Shown here: in pieces, positions 55,880-64,000 of the stretch | Layout of the letters: every line of letters begins with the position of its first letter | Position numbering within the stretch: the first letter of the stretch is position 1 | Source: a virus | Lineage: Duplodnaviria; Caudoviricetes | Length of the DNA stretch: 64,000 bases | Reading direction: 5' to 3' (one strand) | IMG/VR virus record: IMGVR_UViG_3300037067_026718 | Coordinates: 93,673-157,672 of that record | Position numbers and translations under genes: made by a program | Notes under the pieces: model-generated | Seen by the model: only the letters and a program-made list of their open reading frames with translations | Databases searched by the model: none | Told to the model about the DNA's origin: nothing

Positions 55880-56269
55880 TTGCTTTTCGTACCAAAACAC
55901 AATTGGCTGTTCTTTGATTTCGAGAAACCCGAACCGCTTGGCTGCTCTTGCTATTGAGTGATGGAAAATTGAGGTTTTGATACGCTCAAGCAAGTAGCGA
56001 AAATCCTCTGCAGTATTGCCACCCTTTAGTATGTTGCATGCAGAACACGAAGGAACAAGGTTATCGATGTTCTCACGCTCGGGATAGTTTACTTCCCCGG
56101 TAGGAACCAGTCTGTCATATCCGTTTTTGCGTTCGGACTTGAGTTTCCGCTCGACTGGCAAGAAATGGTCAGCATGCCATCCGGTAGCAGGGAGGTCGCA
56201 ACCGCAGTACCAGCATTTGCCTCCAGACTTGTTCCACACCTGAAGACGCTGTGCTTTGCTCAGCTTCAC
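55856..56269 (-). CDS. HNH endonuclease
   Basis: 'GKCWYCG....WHADH..P...IDNLVPSCSACN..KG'; GTG start VKLSK. Confidence 0.85.
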   Translation of the reverse strand: MKLSKAQRLQVWNKSGGKCWYCGCDLPATGWHADHFLPVERKLKSERKNGYDRLVPTGEVNYPERENIDNLVPSCSACNILKGGNTAEDFRYLLERIKTSIFHHSIARAAKRFGFLEIKEQPIVFWYEKQEQNGGGE

Positions 56270-56289
56270 TATTGTTCCCCGTTCTGCTC
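56263..56289. repeat. 27-bp imperfect direct repeat flanking the HNH gene (upstream copy)
   Basis: gcttcact-attgtt-ccccgttctgctc. Confidence 0.75.
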
Positions 56290-58282
56290 GGCGTCGAGGC
56301 TGCTGCATCCTCCGCACTGTGTTCTACCTTCGCCCTTGCAGCCTCCGATGGGCATATCTGACGGCTTGAGTTCGACGAATCTGCTGCATCGTTCGGCGTC
56401 GAGGCTGGAGAGAACATCCTTAGCAAGTTTGTACGGGCAGTCGGACGCATGGCTAATGTGCGCAAAGTCATCACAATCCCAATTCCCGCACGCACGACAG
56501 TACACTCTTTCAGCCACATCAGAGTAATGATCGAAACTGGCATTCTTCATAACCCTACGAAGAACCTCCGCCAGTTCCTTCTTGTCCACGAGCAGCGCTT
56601 TCAGCTTCCGCATGACGTGGGCGTTCCCTTTGGTCGGGCTGGGATTAGCGAAGGACGGCAGGCAGTCAAGCGCAGCAGCCACAGCGGCCATGAATGCTTC
56701 GAGAGATTGGATGTACCTCACCGTACCGCTAATTTCACGTTCATGTTTTTCGATGGATAACCGAAGGAAATTGTTCGTTTCCTGATCAATGTCAGCCATT
56801 ATTGGCCGTCCCTTCCGATTTCCGCATGGAGGCATTGCATGTGTTGTTCTTCCCCACCGGTATGGTGCAGGTATAAGCGCCACCCTTGCAAGGATTCTTG
56901 CCAACGAAGAACTGGCAAGAGTAGCACTTTCCCCAGCATCTGCCTCTTGTTTGGTTGTCGCCTGGGGGCCTGTAGCATCGGCACTCTTCACATGGAATGT
57001 CTCCGCGTTTTGCTTTCCTGTAGTGGGGAGCTGGCCAGTTCATCACTCCCCGCTTTCTCCGTCCTGGGCTTCGTAGATGGCAAGAAGGGTAAGAGCACGC
57101 AGAATGCGGCGGCAATGGGAACACTCGTCCACGGAACAGAGTCCGTAATGGCATGGGGCATTTTTCATGTGTTCTCGATACTGCTCGGGGGTCATATGAT
57201 AGCCCACCTGTTCCTTCAGCGCCGCTGCCAGAATCTGCATGGTAATCTTTTCTGAGATCGGCTCCGCTGAAGTAATAGACCCTTCTTCGCTCCTGGATGG
57301 GCAGGCAATCCATCCATAGTCAGGCTCTGATAGATCGCCGTCTGGGTCTTCGTGTACCCATAAGCCTTCACCGTTTATGCGGATAGGCTCTCCGCAGTGC
57401 TTGCAAATGCTTTTGATAAGGGGCTCTCTTTTGCTTGGTGTCGCTTCCAATTGACTCATGAAAGCAATGGCCTTATCGCGCTCCTCTTCTTGCATCTTCA
57501 GCATGGCATCGTAATCGTCTGCGGCGATGATGACAACGTTGAGTCGGTATAGGTTACGAGGATATGCCTTGAGATGGCCCCAGTCAGATACGGCCACGTT
57601 GACACGGTTGTAGCCGCCCTCGAGTTCGGGGGCTACCACTCCGGCTTCCAGTACGTAGCCACGGATAACACTCGGCGTTTCGTTGTTACTCATTTATGCA
57701 CTGTCCCTTCATGTTCTGCGATCAAAGCCTTTTCCGCACACGCATCGCAGAGAACTACGTTTGGGCCTTTACTCCTGAAGGCAATAGCCATCTTATCGCC
57801 ATTCTCGAATGGTTTTTTGCACCAGAAGCACTGGTCCATGGGGCGCCTGGATTTGGACCTGATGGCTCTGAACCTGTCGCTCATCACCATCCAATCCCTC
57901 TTTATTGCCGTGAACTGAATCGTCTTCGTCCTGGCAGGCACCCTTTTTGTAAGGACGCCAGGCTTTGCTGCTTTTTCTGTCGCAGTTTTCAATCCGGAAA
58001 TCCTTTCTTGGCTTTATTGCCGGGGGTTCCGCACATGCAGTGTTCTTCATTCTCGCCGCATGAGCAGCCTCTTCGATATGTTCCTGCGGGTGGCAGAACG
58101 CCGTCATCCAGATCTGTATCAAGCATGGCTTCGTAGCACTCGGGGTGCATCCTGGTCATGACCCTCTCATCGTAGCAAAACCATCGCCAGTACGTCGTAC
58201 CTTTCTCGATGACTTCGTTGCACCAGTCGCAGGTATGGGCCTTGCGGGATTTTTTTACCTGGAGCGCGTCACTGGTTTCCAT
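56269..58282 (-). CDS. Run of five small Cys-rich hypothetical genes (about 56269-56799, 56792-57043, 57043-57693, 57690-57992, 57989-58282)
   Basis: Coupled ORFs, each with CxxC pairs; typical phage accessory region. Confidence 0.5.
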
Positions 58283-58299
58283 TATTCCTCCTAGAATAA

Positions 58300-58650
58300 T
58301 TAGGCATAACCGACCGCCTTGCCGGTGTTGTGCTCAACTTGAACAGCCCTGTCATCCCAGAGCTCAATCATTTTGAAGTCTTTCTCGGCTGTTACATCAA
58401 GGCGGGGAAGACCGTTTTCTTCGAGCCAGTCCTGGATGGCCTTCCTCGCCTTTCCAGCGAATCCTTCAGGCTGAGAAGAGCAAACCCTGGCGGTCATTAT
58501 CTTGACCTCGACCTGGCCACTCGACAGCCACTCAAGAATTCTATCTTTCATGAGTGGAATTATCGGACCTATTGAACAAGGGCCATTCCATTCGGCATAT
58601 ACAGCCAGTGTCCCGTCGAGGTCTACACCTATCCAAGGCTTTCCCGTCAC
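58300..58650 (-). CDS. HAD-superfamily phosphatase (polynucleotide 3'-phosphatase-like)
   Basis: 'WIGVDLDGTLA' DxD motif, 'IMTARV', 'K...LWDDRA'. Confidence 0.75.
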   Translation of the reverse strand: MTGKPWIGVDLDGTLAVYAEWNGPCSIGPIIPLMKDRILEWLSSGQVEVKIMTARVCSSQPEGFAGKARKAIQDWLEENGLPRLDVTAEKDFKMIELWDDRAVQVEHNTGKAVGYA

Positions 58651-59264
58651 GGTTTCTCCTTCGGGAACAGGGCGACGGCTTCGTCAAAGATTCTGCCAAA
58701 GAATTGGTCAGATGTTCTATCGCAGAACATATCACGATTGGCCGCCAGCTTACGGCAGATAGCCACTGCCTTCTGTTCCCGTGTCGTCTCCGCAGCGGGG
58801 GCGTCGAGGCTGAATAGAATGTGGTCGGCAGCCGCAAGGGTTCCGCGACATACCTTGACGCACGCCATGTATTCAGCCTTCGATGCGTCACCGTGGAGGT
58901 CTACAGCGTACTGGACATTCATCTCTATGATGCGATTCAAGGCTGTTCGCATCATGTTGATCGACTTCGCCATCTCCTCGCGTGTTACAGTTTCCATCTC
59001 TTCCTTTCTTCGGCATCAGAATGCCGTCGGGAAAACCATCTCGCCTTGAGTGATCTCCTCGAGCGTTGATATGGTATCCTCGAGTTGATCTATGGCGTCA
59101 CCCAGCTCTTCGTACTTGGCACTGCCCTGGAGGTTCTCAGGCATGTTGTCCTGCCAGTCCTGGAGCTCGTCGCGCAGCTCAGTGATGCCATCAATTACAG
59201 TCTGCAGGTTCTCCTGGAGATCTGCATACCTTGTAGCTCTACTTTTGGGCTTGGGCTTGGGCAT
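58647..59264 (-). CDS. Two hypothetical genes (58647-58997 and 59016-59264, the latter an acidic coiled coil)
   Basis: ORFs with SD sequences. Confidence 0.5.
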
Positions 59265-59274
59265 CTTCTGTCCC

Positions 59275-59979
59275 TTACATCACAAGATGTTGTCGGTCTG
59301 CGATCTCACTCAGGAATACGTAGGGGTTATCTGAGTATCGAAGCCCGGGTTGTTTGTAAAGCAGGTTCCAGTGCGTCTTGAATCTTTCGATGATCTGGCC
59401 GGCTGTCGCTCCACACGTAGAGCAGGATCCGTCTATGCCGGCGCGGAGGCATTGATCAAACCTGAGTTGCTGGACACGGAGGACTTTGTTACTCCCGACC
59501 ATCCAATCAAGCCGGGAAGCCCATCGCGGCATGTGAGTAGGAGATCTCCATTTTCCGCGGGGAGATTTGGTGTCGAACCCGAACTTGGGACTGTTGGAGT
59601 AGTACTCATTATCGGCATCGAACCACACCGGCCAGTGGAAGATATCCTTGGGCTGGACTGTGTCCAAAGAACTTTCGACAGCCCATTTCTCCTTGCACCA
59701 CATCGTTGTTGCCGGAGGTCCAAAGGGAGGCCATACGCGCTGGATGGTGGGCTCTCCGTACTTGCCTCCGCTTTGAGAGACATGAATGTACTGGTCTTCT
59801 GGAGGTCCATCGATCCAAGCCCGGTCCCAGTCCGGAGCGCCATAAAAGAGGTTTGGCTTTACCGGTCTGATGATCAATGACCCCACGACTTGTGTTTGCA
59901 TGAGGATGCCTCTGAGGATCGCCCGGACTTCATCACCACGCAGGCATATGGCTTGTTCCTCGATGTCAGTCATAGTCAC
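59275..59979 (-). CDS. ASCH/PUA-like phage protein
   Basis: 'EVRAILRG', 'W.KE.W', 'KWRSPTHMPRWASR', 'F..HWN.LY....NPYV'. Confidence 0.6.
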   Translation of the reverse strand: MTMTDIEEQAICLRGDEVRAILRGILMQTQVVGSLIIRPVKPNLFYGAPDWDRAWIDGPPEDQYIHVSQSGGKYGEPTIQRVWPPFGPPATTMWCKEKWAVESSLDTVQPKDIFHWPVWFDADNEYYSNSPKFGFDTKSPRGKWRSPTHMPRWASRLDWMVGSNKVLRVQQLRFDQCLRAGIDGSCSTCGATAGQIIERFKTHWNLLYKQPGLRYSDNPYVFLSEIADRQHLVM

Positions 59980-60094
59980 CTTCTGTCTTTCTGTTCTCTC
60001 TCTTGTGATAGATCGTCAGTGCAACCAGAAAGCCCAGGACGTATCCCACCATGCCAGCTACGATGGCCACAGCAAGCCATTCGGATGGAGTCAT
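59966..60094 (-). CDS. 42-aa single-pass membrane peptide (not in the ORF track)
   Basis: MTPSEWLAVAIVAGMVGYVLGFLVALTIYHKR...; ATGA overlap with the upstream gene. Confidence 0.45.
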   Translation of the reverse strand: MTPSEWLAVAIVAGMVGYVLGFLVALTIYHKRENRKTEGDYD

Positions 60095-61178
60095 AGGTCC
60101 ACACCTGCCTGAGTAATCTCCCCAAGGGGTGGAATGTATCCTTCAGCCACACATTTGCGACTTCTATAGGGAGTGGCCTTGATCTCGACGATGCCTCCTC
60201 CTACTTCCCTCATGAAGACCATGTCGTGGTGTTTCAAGCAAGAAGCCATGTCGGGTGTGCTCCAACCACAATCGATTGACTGCTTGCTTACATACAGATA
60301 CAAATAGGGGCAGTCACGGGGGCATTCACCGCGCTTGATCAAATCTTCTTCGGTGTCTTCGTACTCTAGATCTTCTTGCTTGACCGGCTTTGCCGTAGGC
60401 TCATACAACACCGCAAAGAACAGCGCAGCTACAGTAGATACCAGAAAAAGAATGACTGCCAGATGAATCTTGCCTGCAGCCAGAATGGAGTTGCCGTGGA
60501 AAGTAGTGGTATCCAGCAGAGGCCATGCCCAGAAGATCCCCAGGTAGAACACTGACAGCACGAACCAAGCCAATACTTTATGCATCACTTTGCCTCTCGT
60601 TTCAACAGGAACTTCCTGTAGCGCCAATGCTTGGGGTTGGATTGTATTTCCTGACATCTCTTGCAGGTAACAGCTTCTGGATCATCAGAGGAATTGTAGC
60701 CGTCACGACATTTTCTGTTCGATCGACCGCAGAGCGTAGTTGTAAGGCAGGTGTTCTCAGTCAATATCTGAACCGCTCGATGAATGACCATTGTCAACCG
60801 CTACTCATCATCGGGTTCGGTCTCGTTGAGGCCGTCATCGAGGAAGTCGTCATCCTCTCGAATATCATCAGCAACGTCGCTGTCATCGATTGCATTCAGC
60901 TCATCGAAGTGGAGCTGCACGTTGGCGGCTATCTCTGCCACCTTCTTCTCAGCGGCTTCAATGACGGCCTTGAGCTCGGCCATGGATGAAGCATCGCTGT
61001 TGTTGATGATGTCCTGGAAGGAATCCTTGATGAGGTCGCTCAGCTTGGGATAATGCCCGACAAGGGACTTGGATTTGCCTTCGCTTTTCCTGCGATACAT
61101 GGTCCAGCACAGGGAATCATGGGTCATGGAGTAGTCAGTGCCTAAGATGGGGATCTCTACGACTTCTTTTCTTGACAC
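60091..61178 (-). CDS. Three hypothetical genes (membrane protein ending at 60091; 60585-60797; 60801-61178 with an acidic tail)
   Basis: Coupled ORFs; last one starts GTG with AAAGGA SD. Confidence 0.45.
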
Positions 61179-61327
61179 GATGGTATTCCTTTCTTTTATT
61201 GGGGCGCCCACTGGTCAACCACGCGCTACCCACCTTGAATCGGCCTGCTTTGCTGGGGGACCCCCGAAGCATAAATCGCAGGCCTACAAGCCTAAGCCTT
61301 GTCCGTTGCGTGGGCACCTTGATGCAT

Positions 61328-61651
61328 CTACAACACCTTCACGATGTTTCGGTACATGGAAAGAAATGGGATTCGCCATCCATACACCTGGACCTGGTAG
61401 GTCTCTCCGATCTCGAGCTGACCGTAGACGTCCGAGGAGTTGAACTTGCCCAAAGCCAGGCAGTCGGTGTTCTCGAAGACCTCGGTTTCAGTGAACACGA
61501 GATACTTCGAATCGCCGCTATCTACCACACGCTCCTTGTCGGTCACAGTGATGGTAACGGTTTCGGAGGTCATAAGAGGAAACCCGATGGCTATGGCGAG
61601 GATGGCCACTACCGCCAAGATGATCAAGTACTTCATCCTAGTTCCTCCCAT
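61328..61651 (-). CDS. DUF1523-like membrane-anchored protein
   Basis: N-terminal TM; 'VTDKER...KYLVFT..EVFENTD....KFNSSD......G.......YGWRIPFLSMYRNI'. Confidence 0.6.
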   Translation of the reverse strand: MGGTRMKYLIILAVVAILAIAIGFPLMTSETVTITVTDKERVVDSGDSKYLVFTETEVFENTDCLALGKFNSSDVYGQLEIGETYQVQVYGWRIPFLSMYRNIVKVL

Positions 61652-62685
61652 GAATATTGAAGTTCACACTTCTTACCATATCCAACTGCTTGGTATTCGT
61701 CGGCTATATCCTGCAAATGGTTTCCCAGCACATGGAAGCGCTGTTCCAAGCAGCTATCAGCCAGCTTTCGCAGCCTCTTGGCCATTTTGAGATGAGGCTT
61801 GCTCGGAATGACCTTGACCTCCATTTTACTGATCCTCATTTTCCCAGAAGCCGTAGTCGGCTCCGTCGCCCGGATGAGCCCCGAAGAAGCAGCCTTCCGG
61901 GGCCAGTGCGTTGAGCTTAATGAAAAGCTCATCGAGAAAGAATCCGGCTTCCTCGGAATCCCACCATTCATCATCGTCGTCCTTTTCCTGGGACAAGATG
62001 TACAGTGGGTCCGTGGCCATCAGGTCCATCTGCTCTTCATCAAGAGATTCCAGTTCGGCAAGGAAAGCCGGAATGAGATCCTGTGGCTTCATGGTGCCGG
62101 CCAGCACCGTTCCGCATACCGGAGTAGGCATCACTTCCTCCTGTTGATCTTACGGGATTTGCTGGCCATCTTGGCCCTGGCTTTGGCCTTGGCCTTCTCA
62201 GTTGGTTTGGGCCTGGGCTTGAAGGCGCCATCAGTTCTGTTCAGGACTTCTTGTATCTCGGCTTCCGTGGGCCTTCTTCTGTGTTTCTTGAACAGGAACG
62301 CCCTGACTTCGTCTCGGAATGATTTCAGTGGAATGTCATCGACTAACATCGGACCCTCTTATTCCTGGCCCCCTGCTGCGGAGGCTTTCTGTGCTTCCTC
62401 GAGTTGTCTTTTCTTCTCCAGGTACTCATTGGTCTTGGCTCGGGCTTCCTTGACCAGCAGATTGATGTCACGCATGGCTTCGTGGTCATGCAGCACGGTC
62501 TTCAGGTGCGTACCGGTCTCCTGGACATAGAAGAACAGGCAAGGCACGAATCCTTCATCCTCGGTAGTGATCCCTATCCAGTGCGAAGGGGTATCTCCGG
62601 GGAACTCTTCCTGCAATGCCTGGATCAAGTCCTTGATGTAGGAGAAGATCTGCTGTGTTTCCTTCGACGTACGAACCTTAACCAT
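61633..62685 (-). CDS. Four small hypothetical genes (ending at 61633; 61826-62134 acidic; 62131-62349 basic; 62359-62685)
   Basis: Coupled ORFs with SD motifs. Confidence 0.45.
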
Positions 62686-62770
62686 GGGATTCCCTCCTTG
62701 ATTGGCCTGCTGCCAGAATGTGAAGCGTTTAAGTAATCTAACCAAGGCTTTGTCAAGGAGGGAGTGGCCT

Positions 62771-63544
62771 TTAGCACGCGACGAGTTCATTACCACATTG
62801 AGGGCAGTAAGCCACCTCATCTACGACTACCGCCGTGCCTTTGTGCTCGTAGGTATTCGATATCGGAGTCTCTTTTGCTTCGAACAGGTCGGGCTGCAGG
62901 ACAGGCACAAAAGGAACCGGTGGCTCTTCCATCTCTACGGCATGGATTGGCTTTCCGTGCTGCCAGGCCCAGTTGTCGTACTCAAAGCGGCAGGAAGTGC
63001 ATGCAACCCCCCTGAAGTCCCAGCATCCCAACATTTCATCAGCACGGAATATCCGGGGTTTGGTGTACCCACCTCTGAGATCGCAGCCGCCGTGGATCTG
63101 AAGGGCAACGAACATTTGACCTTTGACCTCGAAGTCGAGGAACTGAACGTCCTGAGAGAGATCGCAATCACTGTTGGCGGAATTGCCCCATGAATGGTGG
63201 CAATGAGGTTCTATCTTGTCAGCCCACATCTTCAACGTGTGGGTATACGACTCTTTCTGGTGCTTCGAGTCGAATGCGTAGTAGATCTTCGTCATCCTGG
63301 TGTCGTACTCGAGGATGTTTCTGAGATAGTGGAAGACGCTGATCCTTCCGGAGAATTCCAGCGTCTCATCTCTTGTGATATCAGCACGATACGACTCCGC
63401 AGGCTCAGTCATGAATGCCTGCAGAACCTTTCCTTGGTTGTGTTGCCAGTGGCGCCCCAGAAAGCAGCCTGAGTCCAGGAAATGGGATCCAGTGCATTCA
63501 GTAAGCATCTCCACCAGCACTTTGTCCGTGTCTGGTCTTTTCAT
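62771..63544 (-). CDS. Hypothetical phage protein
   Basis: 257 aa; 'TGSHFLDSG...GRHWQ', 'LQIHGGCDLRGGYT.P' conserved-looking motifs; GGAGG SD. Confidence 0.6.
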   Translation of the reverse strand: MKRPDTDKVLVEMLTECTGSHFLDSGCFLGRHWQHNQGKVLQAFMTEPAESYRADITRDETLEFSGRISVFHYLRNILEYDTRMTKIYYAFDSKHQKESYTHTLKMWADKIEPHCHHSWGNSANSDCDLSQDVQFLDFEVKGQMFVALQIHGGCDLRGGYTKPRIFRADEMLGCWDFRGVACTSCRFEYDNWAWQHGKPIHAVEMEEPPVPFVPVLQPDLFEAKETPISNTYEHKGTAVVVDEVAYCPQCGNELVAC

Positions 63545-63556
63545 ACATCCCTCCGG

Positions 63557-63955
63557 TTACGAATGACTGCTGAACGAAAAAGTGAGAGGGTCGGAGTCCT
63601 CTCCTCTGCAGTGTGCGGTCAAGATGGCATCCGGCATCTCCATGGAAAGCCTGCACATCAACCCACCGTTGCTGATGGTCTGGCTGACGTTCATGTGGAA
63701 GGTGGCTTTGTCGATGTCGTAGTCCTTGGCTTTGTTGATGAAGTTGAAGCCCCAGAGGATGGAGCTGTCATAGGTTGACGGCAGGTAGACGATGAAATCG
63801 AGATCAGTGCTCTTCACTTCGGGATGGTTGGTTTCCCATGCAATCGCGTCCTCGAGATTCCTCAGTATCCAGTTGCACACCCTGAATCGTTCTTTACCCA
63901 GTCCGACCTTGTCGAGAGGTTTAAAGACCTGGGGATAGATGCAGTGATGCGTCAA
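63557..63955 (-). CDS. Hypothetical protein
   Basis: 132 aa ORF; start uncertain near the window edge. Confidence 0.45.
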   Translation of the reverse strand: MTHHCIYPQVFKPLDKVGLGKERFRVCNWILRNLEDAIAWETNHPEVKSTDLDFIVYLPSTYDSSILWGFNFINKAKDYDIDKATFHMNVSQTISNGGLMCRLSMEMPDAILTAHCRGEDSDPLTFSFSSHS

Positions 63956-64000
63956 CGGACCCGCTGAACACTGAGCGCACTTCCGTTCCCAACATTCTTC

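Noticed and set aside
62720-62760. TTGACA upstream of 62685 as a promoter
   Set aside because: No convincing -10 hexamer at a 16-18 nt spacing.
1-64000. Numerous long plus-strand ORFs (e.g. 20467-21672, 26742-27959, 41560-42597, 46266-47327)
   Set aside because: Antisense shadows of GC3-biased minus-strand genes; no SD or recognisable motifs.
1-64000. Stop-codon reassignment
   Set aside because: Genes are full-length and tightly coupled under the standard code, using TAA, TAG and TGA as stops.

Overview
The window is a contiguous fragment of a large tailed bacteriophage with a contractile tail (myovirus-like). Essentially all credible genes lie on the minus strand and use the standard code. 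In transcription order (right to left) it has four parts. (1) About 15 kb of small accessory/early genes (63955-47956), including a Tad1-like anti-defence sponge, an HNH gene bounded by direct repeats, a LexA-type HTH, an AntA/KilA-C antirepressor, a HAD phosphatase and a mosaic P-loop protein. (2) A putative baseplate spike plus accessory virion genes. (3) A head module: GpA-type large terminase, a cluster of small basic proteins, an intein-interrupted prohead-protease-like gene, scaffold-like proteins, a decoration protein and an HK97-like major capsid protein. (4) Neck, sheath, tube, frameshifting tail chaperone, tape measure, a sigma-70-type factor and baseplate genes. The best candidate for an undescribed system is a family of otherwise unrelated small basic proteins that share a leader, I[I/V]KLAAQ[T/I]ILEK[R/E]A. 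It ends in the same K-x-A motif that is strongly enriched in head proteins, suggesting a capsid-targeting and protease-processing signal for modular injected cargo, with the cargo cassettes carrying their own matching promoters. Other highlights are a four-level nested (matryoshka) domain insertion in an LRR protein that is shared with the tail sheath, and a stand-alone NrdD glycyl-radical peptide inserted as a moron between the tube and chaperone genes. All functional calls come from motif recognition and synteny by eye; no database searches were run.
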